Shown here one piece after another: positions 1 to 6,716 of a stretch of DNA of 29,803 bases. Source of the stretch: a virus (lineage: Duplodnaviria; Caudoviricetes); the IMG/VR virus record IMGVR_UViG_3300005804_000117, positions 1 to 29,803 of that record; one strand, 5' to 3'. Position numbers and translations under genes: made by a program. How positions within the stretch are numbered: position 1 is the first letter of the stretch; the number at the start of each line of letters is the position of its first letter. The notes beneath the pieces were generated by a model. It had not been told where the DNA came from, did not search any database, and saw nothing but the letters and a program-made list of their open reading frames with translations.

Positions 1-252
1 ATCATCCACTACGCGCGCATCGAGAATTCAGACCGGCTCCGGCGGGTGCTGGCGGTGCTGTCCGATGGGCAGCCGCACAGCACCCTGGAGATCATCCGGG
101 AGGCGGAAGTCTGCGCGGTCAACTCGGCGGTCGCCGAATTGCGCATGAACGGATTCCGAATCGAATGCCGGCAGGTGGGCCGGGAGCGGTTCGAGTACAC
201 GCTGATCGAGCGGATGGTGACTCTTGCCGACCCGCCGCCGGAGGCCGCATGA
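1..252 (+). CDS. Small winged helix-turn-helix protein, 5'-truncated by the window edge
   Basis: Frame is open from base 1 (IIHYARIENSDRLRRVLAVLSDGQPHSTLEII...NSAVAELRMNGFRIEC), an HTH-like pattern. The stop overlaps the next ATG (ATGA). Confidence 0.65.
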   Translation: MIHYARIENSDRLRRVLAVLSDGQPHSTLEIIREAEVCAVNSAVAELRMNGFRIECRQVGRERFEYTLIERMVTLADPPPEAA

Positions 253-374
253 TTAATTTCGACGACATCGACAAGGAAATTTTGAAAGACCTGATAGTGC
301 CGTTCGTTGTCGTCGCGCTGCTTGCGGCGGCCGGTTTTGCGGGGCTCTGGCTGTGGGCCTGCTATGGAGGGTGA
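249..374 (+). CDS. 41-aa single-TM protein
   Basis: ATG at 249 is coupled to the previous stop, with GGAGG upstream. Hydrophobic run LIVPFVVVALLAAAGFAGLWLW. Confidence 0.6.
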   Translation: MINFDDIDKEILKDLIVPFVVVALLAAAGFAGLWLWACYGG

Positions 375-375
375 C

Positions 376-471
376 GTGGGAGACCCGAGAGAGACGGTCT
401 TGTGTTTGTGCGCGGGGATCGTGTTGCTGGTCATTACCCTCACCGTGATTATGCAGCAGTTGGGGCGGTGA
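376..471 (+). CDS. 31-aa single-TM peptide (not in the ORF track)
   Basis: GGAGG at 366-370, GTG at 376; reads MGDPRETVLCLCAGIVLLVITLTVIMQQLGR*. It fills the gap exactly and the next ATG follows at 472. Confidence 0.55.
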   Translation: MGDPRETVLCLCAGIVLLVITLTVIMQQLGR

Positions 472-684
472 ATGGCGGCCTGCGGGGAATGCAAGTTTTT
501 CGGGTGGAGGGGGCTGGAGAGGCATTGCCGCCATCCGGAGCATCCGCTGCCGATTGTGAAGTGGCCGGCGAAGTGTAAGGACTTCGTAGATATCGACCGG
601 AAGATTATGCCGGGAGGGATACAGGGGTGGCCGGAGCCGGTGAAACTGGAAAAACAGGGGCTGGGGACTGGGGGCTTGGGATGA
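472..684 (+). CDS. Small Cys/His-rich putative zinc-binding protein
   Basis: CGEC...HCRHPEH...C motif; coupled on both sides. Confidence 0.55.
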   Translation: MAACGECKFFGWRGLERHCRHPEHPLPIVKWPAKCKDFVDIDRKIMPGGIQGWPEPVKLEKQGLGTGGLG

Positions 685-1085
685 CGAAGGAAGAGTGGGG
701 AAAGGTTGAGAAGGCGCTTAGCGGGACTTACGGCTATGCCAAGCTCCAGGTCGACGGGCGGGCGGTACTGTTTCAGCGGCAGCTTGTTTCCAACAATCAG
801 CTTGGAATCGTCACCTTCATCGATGGAGAATTCAAGGGCGCCTGGATCTCCGCAAAAGAAGAACGCCCTAAGCAGAAGTTTCTACGTCGGGTGGAGAGAT
901 TTTCTTGGCCGTCAAAAACAAGAGCCGAACTGAAGAAGTGGCCGAAAAAGATGCTTAAGAAATCCGGCTACGACCCTGACGAAAAATACCATTTCTTTTC
1001 CCCTATCTGGCCCAACGCCACCGCGTTGCGCCGGCATTACCTGAAGACGTTTGCCAGCATCGAGCTGGTCGAGGTGTGCGGATGA
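681..1085 (+). CDS. Hypothetical Mu-like phage semi-essential-region protein
   Basis: ATGA-coupled start at 681 (MTKEEWGKVEKALSG...); 134 aa. Confidence 0.7.
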   Translation: MTKEEWGKVEKALSGTYGYAKLQVDGRAVLFQRQLVSNNQLGIVTFIDGEFKGAWISAKEERPKQKFLRRVERFSWPSKTRAELKKWPKKMLKKSGYDPDEKYHFFSPIWPNATALRRHYLKTFASIELVEVCG

Positions 1086-1528
1086 AAATCACCTGCACCA
1101 GCTGCCACACCATCATGCACCTGGAGGCCGCAATGGAAGAAACAGCCGGCCGCGAGTTCACGGCGTTCCTGGCCGGGCTCGGCGAGCTGGCCCGGCCGCT
1201 GGTGGCGTATCTCGGCCTTTTCCGCCCCGCTACCCGGGCGCTGGCGTATGAGCGGATGCTCCGTCTGGCCCGGGAGGTGGTGGAGTTGTCAAACGACAAC
1301 ACACGGCTGGCGGCGGCTCTGTCCGAGACGGTGGAGTCGCTCAGGCAGAAACGGGATGCCGGGGATGTGCGGCCGTTGAAGGGGCACAACTATCTGAAGC
1401 GGGTGCTGGAGAACACCAGGTTCGAGGAACGAGGTTCGAGGAACGAGGAAAGCCAATTACCCCAGGTTCACAGGCAGAGTCGCCGCGCCCAGGGGATAAC
1501 CGCCCTGGAGGAGTGGCAGCGTGAATAA
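1082..1528 (+). CDS. Hypothetical Mu-like phage protein with N-terminal CxxC
   Basis: MKITCTSCH...LVAYLGLFRP...PLKGHNYLKRVL; ATGA-coupled with GAGGTG RBS. Confidence 0.75.
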   Translation: MKITCTSCHTIMHLEAAMEETAGREFTAFLAGLGELARPLVAYLGLFRPATRALAYERMLRLAREVVELSNDNTRLAAALSETVESLRQKRDAGDVRPLKGHNYLKRVLENTRFEERGSRNEESQLPQVHRQSRRAQGITALEEWQRE

Positions 1529-1898
1529 TGCCTGGCTGAAGAGGGAGATCGCCTCCGGCCTTCAGGCCCTGGTGGCCCTGTCACTGGAGGGCCAGCCCTC
1601 GGCCGATACACTGCCCCTCACCGCCGACATCTGGCTGAAGGCCATGGAGCGGCGGCTCTGCATCGAGGCGGTGGATGCCGAGCGGCTGAGGAAGGCGTTT
1701 CTGGCGTTCTTCCCGGTGGCGGTCCGCTGGCCCGCGCCGGCGCAGATCCTGGAGCTGCTCCCGCCCCGGCCCGAGCGGGTGAAGCTGCCGGAGCCGGAGG
1801 TGAGCGCCGAACAGCACGCCGAGAACGTGAGCAGGGTCAAGGAGATGGTGGCCAGGTTTATGAATTCCTGGGGTCCGAAAACCACAAGGAAGGGGTGA
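1521..1898 (+). CDS. Hypothetical Mu-like phage protein
   Basis: GTG start after GGAGGAG; WLKREIASGLQALVALSL...RWPAPAQIL pattern; overlaps the previous gene. Confidence 0.75.
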   Translation: MNNAWLKREIASGLQALVALSLEGQPSADTLPLTADIWLKAMERRLCIEAVDAERLRKAFLAFFPVAVRWPAPAQILELLPPRPERVKLPEPEVSAEQHAENVSRVKEMVARFMNSWGPKTTRKG

Positions 1899-1904
1899 TT
1901 CAAT

Positions 1905-2393
1905 ATGGCTTCAAGCCGGAATAAAAGATGGAATAAAAAACAGTCCACCCCCGAGGATCGCCGCCGGGCCGAGCTGGCCAAGATCCACATCGCCAAGGCG
2001 GAAAAAGGGCTGTCCGAGGACGATTACCGCCTCATGCTCAAGAACGTCGCCGGCGTCGATTCGGCGGCCGACCTTGACGCCAGGGGCCGGCGGGCCGTGC
2101 TGGATCATCTGTGTGGAAATCCCCCCCGGCCCCCCTTTCATAAAGGGGGGAGTTCCTACCCCAACCGGCCGAAGAACATGGACCGCCCCTCTTCCCGGGC
2201 CGAGCAGCTCAAGAAGATCGAGGCATTGCTCACCGTCGGCGGGAAGCCGTGGGCGTATGCGGATGCTATAGCACGTGCGATATGCCGGGTGGACAAGGTG
2301 GCATGGGTCAAGGATGGGGACCTCTACAAGGTCATCACCGCGCTACGGAAACAGGCGCAGCGCGAGGGGTGGGATCTGAGCGGGGAAAAATGA
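1905..2393 (+). CDS. gemA: GemA / Mu gp16 family (DUF1018) regulatory protein
   Basis: LAKIHIAK..GLSEDDYRLML...SAADLD motif; directly upstream of the mor-like gene as in Mu. Confidence 0.9.
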   Translation: MASSRNKRWNKKQSTPEDRRRAELAKIHIAKAEKGLSEDDYRLMLKNVAGVDSAADLDARGRRAVLDHLCGNPPRPPFHKGGSSYPNRPKNMDRPSSRAEQLKKIEALLTVGGKPWAYADAIARAICRVDKVAWVKDGDLYKVITALRKQAQREGWDLSGEK

Positions 2394-2986
2394 TGAAACC
2401 TGAGTTTATGGAAAAATATCCCGAGCTGCTGGAAGACGCCTGGCGCAAGCTGTCCGAACGCCTTCAGGAGGTGGGCTATGCCCGCGAGCAGGCCGACGAG
2501 GCCGCGTTCCGGATGACCGAATACCTGCGCCAAGAGTGGTCCGGCAGGATGCTCTACATCCTGAAGAAGAAAGACGTACCCCGGGAAAAACAGGATGATC
2601 TCTTCCAGAACCAGGCGGCGCCGGCCGCGGCCGAGGCAACCTCGAACGTCCTCACCGAGGCCCAGCTCACCGCCATAGCGCGGAGTTTTTCCCGTATTCT
2701 CGGCGAGGCGGCGCCAGAACGGGCCGACAGCCTGGGGATGAAGCTGCTGGAGCTGCTCCGTTCCGATTGGGCGGGCACTTCGCTGTTCGTGCCCAAGGGA
2801 GTGGTCTACGAGACCACCCGGCGTGATTATGTCCTCTGGCGGGCGTGGGACGGATCATACCGGTCCAAGCTGGCGCTGATGCGTCAGTACGGCATCGGCG
2901 AACAGGCGTTCTATGCGGCTATCCGGCGTATCCGGAAGGCTCACCTGTTGAGGACTCAGATGAAACTGCCGGGGGTGGAGGGATAA
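2390..2986 (+). CDS. mor: Mor/C family transcription activator with duplicated N-terminal domain
   Basis: ATGA-coupled start. YPELL...EWSGRMLYILK and DWAGTSLFVPKG motifs, then C-terminal HTH RDYVLWRAWDG...LMRQYGIGEQAFYAAIRR. Confidence 0.85.
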   Translation: MMKPEFMEKYPELLEDAWRKLSERLQEVGYAREQADEAAFRMTEYLRQEWSGRMLYILKKKDVPREKQDDLFQNQAAPAAAEATSNVLTEAQLTAIARSFSRILGEAAPERADSLGMKLLELLRSDWAGTSLFVPKGVVYETTRRDYVLWRAWDGSYRSKLALMRQYGIGEQAFYAAIRRIRKAHLLRTQMKLPGVEG

Positions 2987-2991
2987 CGGCT

Positions 2992-3048
2992 GTGCGCGGT
3001 GGCCGGGGGGTGTGCAGGTGGTTGATGCGCTGCCCCGGTCGCTGCCAC
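2992..3048 (+). other. Long hairpin with G-U pairs after the mor stop
   Basis: GCGGTGGCCGGGG (2996-3008) pairs with CCCCGGTCGCTGC (3033-3045) using 3 wobble pairs; no U-tract. Confidence 0.55.
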
Positions 3049-3098
3049 GATAACGATCAAGTGTGACCCTCTTGCGGGGTCCGCAGCGCTGATTATAG
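3048..3098 (-). mobile_element. attC-like site A (one core box is ATT instead of GTT on the + strand)
   Basis: + strand: CGATAAC-GATCAA-GTGTGAC-CC..GG-GTCCGCAG-CGCTG-ATTATAG. Confidence 0.55.
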
Positions 3099-3124
3099 CG
3101 CACATACACAGAAGGAGGAATCAC

Positions 3125-3355
3125 ATGCATTACAAGAACGGAAGAGAAGCAAAGAATGGTGACAAGGTTGTTTTAATTCCCAGCTATGGCGCTCCGGTAA
3201 TCGGTATCCTGTACGATGCTCAGGCCGGAAACGACTACTGCAACGGGAAGATCGCGCCCGTGTCGCCGAACGACCCCTGCCCGAACCTCAAAGAGTGCCT
3301 GCACCTGGATGACGTGCTGGCGGCGGTGAAGGCATCCGAAGGAACGGAGCAATAA
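3125..3355 (+). CDS. Cassette 1 ORF, 76-aa hypothetical protein
   Basis: Strong RBS GAAGGAGG; MHYKNGREAKNGDKVV...NDYCNG...CLHLDD. Confidence 0.85.
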   Translation: MHYKNGREAKNGDKVVLIPSYGAPVIGILYDAQAGNDYCNGKIAPVSPNDPCPNLKECLHLDDVLAAVKASEGTEQ

Positions 3356-3358
3356 GTC

Positions 3359-3484
3359 ATGGCGCACGGCCAGCACCGGAACTCGATAAGCCTGGAAGAG
3401 CCGAAACCGTCCGAACCTTTGGAGTCGGGTAGCGCTGGAGGCAAGTCACTGTCGGCAGGTTGGTCAAAGCTGGCCGTGCGCTAT
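3359..3484 (+). ncRNA. Candidate structured RNA inside cassette 1
   Basis: Perfect 13-bp closing stem GCGCACGGCCAGC (3362-3374) / GCTGGCCGTGCGC (3469-3481) around ~95 nt with no convincing ORF. Confidence 0.4.
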
Positions 3485-3543
3485 AACGACTTGTAAATCA
3501 CCTGCAAGCGAAGCGCAGCCAGAGTGCATTTTTCTGGTTATGC
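3481..3543 (-). mobile_element. attC-like site B (best preserved)
   Basis: - strand: GCATAAC-CAGAA-AAATGCAC-TCTG...CAG-GTGATTT-ACAAGTC-GTTATAG. This matches R''/5-nt spacer/8-nt L''/7-nt L'/R' with two extrahelical bases. Confidence 0.75.
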
Positions 3544-3564
3544 GCTCCTTGCCACGGAGCGATC

Positions 3565-3780
3565 ATGAGAAATCACATTGTAGCAGGGCAACACGGTGAT
3601 ACTAAACTTTGGCACGGCTTGTACTACGTCAATCATCCTACTCCGAGCGGCTGTGACAGGCCGATTCTCAGACTCTCGACAAAGGTCGGATTCAGCACGG
3701 AACGGGAGGCTGTGGAGGCCATGAAAGCGGCGTTCACTCCCGAGCAATTGGCAGAAATAGACGTGCCGGAATTTAGCTGA
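3565..3780 (+). CDS. Cassette 2 ORF, 71-aa hypothetical protein
   Basis: GGAG RBS; lower-GC codon usage; the stop falls inside site C. Confidence 0.7.
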   Translation: MRNHIVAGQHGDTKLWHGLYYVNHPTPSGCDRPILRLSTKVGFSTEREAVEAMKAAFTPEQLAEIDVPEFS

Positions 3781-3815
3781 CCCGCCAAGGGTCGGTGTCG
3801 AGCGGCTGGTTATTT
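3763..3815 (-). mobile_element. attC-like site C (left core box degenerate)
   Basis: + strand: GCTGAC-CCG..CGG-T-GTCGAGC-GGCTG-GTTATTT; the expected left AAC is missing. Confidence 0.55.
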
Positions 3816-3839
3816 TGCCGCTGAACGGAGGAGGCGATT

Positions 3840-4016
3840 TTGAAACTGTCATACAACCAGTCACGGATATTAGACAGCATTGGTGATGAGTGGGCAACTG
3901 TATCGGCTGTATTTCGCAGCATCACACGGACTACAGACGCATTGCGGAAAATGGGGTTGATCGAGACGCGGCTAGATAGATTTGGACAAGTTCAAGCCCG
4001 TCGGATAGCAAAATAA
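3840..4016 (+). CDS. Cassette 3 ORF, 58-aa putative winged-HTH-like protein (not in the ORF track)
   Basis: GGAGGAGG RBS, TTG start; MKLSYNQSRILDSIGDEWATVSAVFRSITRTTDALRKMGLIETRLDRFGQVQARRIAK*. The TAA lies within the AAATAAC box of site D. Confidence 0.7.
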   Translation: MKLSYNQSRILDSIGDEWATVSAVFRSITRTTDALRKMGLIETRLDRFGQVQARRIAK

Positions 4017-4063
4017 CAGTCCCCGCCGCTGAGCGGCTTGCCCGCTCGTGCGGCACGTTATCT
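4011..4063 (-). mobile_element. attC-like site D
   Basis: + strand: AAATAAC-(10 nt)-GCTGAGC-GG..CC-GCTCGTGC-GGCAC-GTTATCT. Confidence 0.6.
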
Positions 4064-4073
4064 CCAGCCCCTC

Positions 4074-4104
4074 AAGGCCCGTCACCCGGCGGGCCTTTCA
4101 TTTT
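4074..4104 (+). terminator. Rho-independent terminator closing the early/middle transcript
   Basis: AAGGCCCGTC-ACCC-GGCGGGCCTT followed by TCATTTT. Confidence 0.75.
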
Positions 4105-4147
4105 ATAAAGCCCTTTACTATCTAGCAAATCCCTCCCCTGTTACCGT
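4100..4147 (+). promoter_or_regulatory. Activator-dependent late promoter (Plys-like)
   Basis: 23-bp box ATTTTATAAAGCCCTTTACTATC (dyad TAAAG-CC-CTTTA), identical to 12555-12577; -10 TACCGT at 4142-4147. Confidence 0.75.
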
Positions 4148-4184
4148 TGTCCCCGCCGTGACGCAACTCCTCCTTTCTTGTGAT

Positions 4185-4209
4185 GGCGGGCTTCGGCCCG
4201 CCCCGTTTT
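4185..4209 (+). terminator. Terminator/attenuator-like hairpin in the lysis leader
   Basis: GGCGGGC-TTCG-GCCCGCC followed by CCGTTTT. Confidence 0.55.
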
Positions 4210-4349
4210 CCACCAAAATACACCGGGCGCCCACGACCCCAGCCTCCGTGATCCTGGGCAGGCGCCGTCTATGACGGGGGCGGACTGTAAATCCGCCCAT
4301 AGCAGGCGGGGGCCGGGATAGTCCGGCCCCCACATTCACAGGAGTCCAG

Positions 4350-4817
4350 ATGCCCCACCTTATCACCGAACACTTCACCCTGGAGGAGCTGACCCGCTCG
4401 GCCACGGCCCTGCGCCTCGGCCTGGACAATACCCTCCCGACCCAGCATTTCCGCAACGTGGAGCTGGTTGCCAGTGCCCTGGAGAAAATCCGCGCACACT
4501 TCGACAGGCCGATTCGCGTGACCAGCTGCTTCCGCTCCAAATCCGTCAACAAGGCGGTTGGGGGTTCGCCGACCAGCGCCCATTGCGCGGCCATGGCCGT
4601 CGATTTCGAGGTCGTAGGCGTACCAAATATCGCAGTTTGTCTGGCCGTGCCCGGGCTCATCCCCGAGTTCGACCAGGTCATCTACGAGTTCGGCCCCACC
4701 GGCTGGGTCCACCTGGGGCTGGCGCACAAGGCCCCGCGTCATCAGGAGCTGACAGCGGTCAAGGTGGGCGGCAAGACGGTGTATAAACCGGGGATATTGG
4801 ATTTGTGGAAAATATAA
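4350..4817 (+). CDS. Endolysin, peptidase M15 family
   Basis: HFTLEELTRS...RVTSCFRS..VNKAVGGSPTSAH.AAMAVD...WVHL zinc-peptidase motifs; first late gene. Confidence 0.85.
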   Translation: MPHLITEHFTLEELTRSATALRLGLDNTLPTQHFRNVELVASALEKIRAHFDRPIRVTSCFRSKSVNKAVGGSPTSAHCAAMAVDFEVVGVPNIAVCLAVPGLIPEFDQVIYEFGPTGWVHLGLAHKAPRHQELTAVKVGGKTVYKPGILDLWKI

Positions 4818-4891
4818 ACCAGGGGCTCGGGGCTGGAGGCTAGGGGCTGGTGTTTCCAGTTTCCAGTCCCCAGTCCCAAATCCCCAGCCCC
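4818..4891. repeat. Inverted heptamer-repeat (GGGGCTN / CCCCAGN) REP-like element
   Basis: Tandem 7-mers forming a hairpin; related runs at 656-680 and 8918-8944. Confidence 0.65.
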
Positions 4892-4910
4892 CGCATCTAG
4901 GAGGTATGAC

Positions 4911-5558
4911 ATGAAAGACATCAAACCCTGGCTCGGCATCATCACCTTCATCGGCTTCATCGTCTGTATCGGCCTGCTGTTCTACGTTCCCCCACCCTCG
5001 GCGACCCGGGACATAATCCTGGTGGTCATCGGCACCATGGTTACCCTGGTCAAGGAGGTTTACGGGTTCTACTTCGGGAGCTCCGAAGGGAGCGCCCGCA
5101 AGACAGAGCTGATGAGCGGCGCGGACCTGCCTCTCGCGCCGCCACTGATTCAGGGCGCGGCAAGCGGCGCCCCTACGGCCGCCGTCAAAGAAGGCGGGTT
5201 TGTCCGGCTGTCCATCCTGCTCATCCTGGCCGCCCTGCTGATTATCGGCTTGAGCGCCTGCGCCACCACCGAGACCCCGCAGAGCATCGCCGTGAAGACG
5301 CTTCTTTCCACTCGCCAGGGCATTATCGCCGCGGCCACGACCGCCGACGAGCTCTGCACCCAGGGGGTTCTGCGACAGGCGGACTGCGACAAGGCCCTGG
5401 CGTTATACAAACAGGGCCAGGCTGCGTACCTCGTGGCCTCCGACGCGTTCCAGGTCTACCTGGACACCGGTCGTTCCGGGGGGTACGACCTGGCCCTGGC
5501 CCGGCTCCGGACCCTGCTGCTCGATCTGCAGGCACTCACGGGAGCGGCAAGCAACTAG
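4911..5558 (+). CDS. Holin-like membrane protein fused to a lipoprotein (spanin-like) domain
   Basis: Two TMs ending YFGSSEGSARK, a third hydrophobic segment with lipobox LSAC (Cys117), then a helical domain. Confidence 0.65.
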   Translation: MKDIKPWLGIITFIGFIVCIGLLFYVPPPSATRDIILVVIGTMVTLVKEVYGFYFGSSEGSARKTELMSGADLPLAPPLIQGAASGAPTAAVKEGGFVRLSILLILAALLIIGLSACATTETPQSIAVKTLLSTRQGIIAAATTADELCTQGVLRQADCDKALALYKQGQAAYLVASDAFQVYLDTGRSGGYDLALARLRTLLLDLQALTGAASN

Positions 5559-5581
5559 GGCGCGGCAAGCGGCGCCCCTAC
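5152..5581. repeat. Pair of exact 25-bp direct repeats (GTAG-family REP halves)
   Basis: AGGGCGCGGCAAGCGGCGCCCCTAC at 5152-5176 and 5557-5581. Confidence 0.8.
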
Positions 5582-5590
5582 AGGAGGTAA

Positions 5591-5788
5591 ATGATGGACC
5601 CGGCAACCGCACAGCTCATTCTCATCGGCTTGACCCTGGCTGAGAAGATAATCTTCTCGGTGGGCGGGAAGCTCTTCGAAGTGAACACGGCTGATTTCAC
5701 CGACTCGGCAAAGATCGTCAAGGCCCTGGAAGACGCACGGGCAGACGGCTTTCCGGATATGAAGTTCGTTTCTTCCGCCAAAGGGTAG
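5591..5788 (+). CDS. Small hypothetical lysis-module protein
   Basis: GGAGGT RBS; 65 aa with a hydrophobic N-terminus. Confidence 0.7.
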   Translation: MMDPATAQLILIGLTLAEKIIFSVGGKLFEVNTADFTDSAKIVKALEDARADGFPDMKFVSSAKG

Positions 5789-5793
5789 GCCCT

Positions 5794-6084
5794 GTGGGTG
5801 ACGAGATTGACCGCGCGCAGCAGCGGGACGAGTTTTTTCTTAACCTCGCATTGGGCGAACATGCAAGGCGAAATCCCCCCCAGCCCCCCTTTTACAAAGT
5901 GGGGAGCGCCCCCGACCCAGAGGCACCCAACCCCACTTTGAAAAAGGGGGGTGCGAGTGAAACGAGCGGGGGGATTTGTGAAGACTGCGGCGACCCCATC
6001 CCCGAAGCCCGTCTCCGGGCGATGCCGGGCGCCACCCGCTGCGTAGCCTGTCAAACCATGCATGAAAACTGGAGACCACTGTGA
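5794..6084 (+). CDS. TraR/DksA C4-type zinc finger protein
   Basis: DEIDRAQ...CEDCGDPIPEARLRAMPGATRCVACQ. Confidence 0.9.
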   Translation: MGDEIDRAQQRDEFFLNLALGEHARRNPPQPPFYKVGSAPDPEAPNPTLKKGGASETSGGICEDCGDPIPEARLRAMPGATRCVACQTMHENWRPL

Positions 6085-6410
6085 CCCAACAGCCCGTCAT
6101 CAACTATCAGTCCCTCAACTTCTGGTTCCAGGTCTTCCAGTTCCTGCTTACGGCCGCCATCGGTATCTACGTCTGGTGGACGAACCGGGAGAAGGTGACG
6201 AACAAGAGGTTTTCCGCGGCGGAAAACCGGCTGGCGCAACTGGAAAACGATGTGAAGCACCCGCCTGCCTGCACCTATCATCCGCGCCTGGAGGAACGAA
6301 TGGACGCGGTCCAGGGTGATACAAGGGAGATTAAAGGGTCGCTCAAGGGCCTCGCAAAGGCCGTGGATCTGATCAACGAGTTCCTCATAAACCAGGGAGG
6401 CAAGCGGTAA
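6081..6410 (+). CDS. Mu gp25-like (DUF2730-like) TM plus coiled-coil protein
   Basis: N-terminal TM, coiled coil, position before gp26/gp27. Confidence 0.7.
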   Translation: MTQQPVINYQSLNFWFQVFQFLLTAAIGIYVWWTNREKVTNKRFSAAENRLAQLENDVKHPPACTYHPRLEERMDAVQGDTREIKGSLKGLAKAVDLINEFLINQGGKR

Positions 6411-6715
6411 TGGAATACTGCGATCTCAAGGCACAGCACCACCGCCTTATAATCCTCCGGCTGCTGCAGGAGGATAGCGCGGCCTATACCCTGAACGATT
6501 CCATGCTCCAGGACGGTATGGAGATGGTCGGGCAGAAATGCTCCCGGGATTGCGTCAGGACGCATTTGTCGTGGCTGAAGGAACAGGGGCTCATCACCCT
6601 CAAGACGGTACTGGACGGCGCGGTCTACGTGGCCACCCTCACCGCCCGCGGGCTCGACGTGGCCACCGGCGCGGCCGTGGTCCCGGGGGTGAAGCGCCCC
6701 CGGCCGGGGGAATAG
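6410..6715 (+). CDS. Mu gp26-like winged-helix protein
   Basis: RLIILRLL...LSWLKEQGLI...LTARGLDVATG...PGVKRPRP. Confidence 0.85.
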   Translation: MEYCDLKAQHHRLIILRLLQEDSAAYTLNDSMLQDGMEMVGQKCSRDCVRTHLSWLKEQGLITLKTVLDGAVYVATLTARGLDVATGAAVVPGVKRPRPGE

Positions 6716-6716
6716 C

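Noticed and set aside
2249-2389. 245-aa N-terminally extended Mor in the ORF track
   Set aside because: The extension overlaps gemA; the ATGA-coupled start at 2390 fits better.
2981-3054. A fifth attC-like site beginning at GGATAAC
   Set aside because: It has a left AAC box and a hairpin but no closing GTT; the G-U-rich stem looks like an RNA structure. Kept only as the array's outer boundary.
3391-3412. CCTGGAAGAGCCGAAACCGTC as a hammerhead ribozyme core
   Set aside because: Not an exact CUGANGA, and there is no room for stems II and III.
3359-3496. 45-codon ORF MAHGQHRN...
   Set aside because: No RBS, it runs through the attC-like box, and the region is better explained as an RNA structure.
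3048-4063. CRISPR array or DGR explanation for the repeated palindromes
   Set aside because: The sites differ in sequence, the intervals are 200-400-nt ORFs, and no cas, reverse transcriptase or TR/VR pair is present.
4270-4340. Complete tRNA gene
   Set aside because: Only an anticodon-like arm; no GTTC T-loop or acceptor stem.
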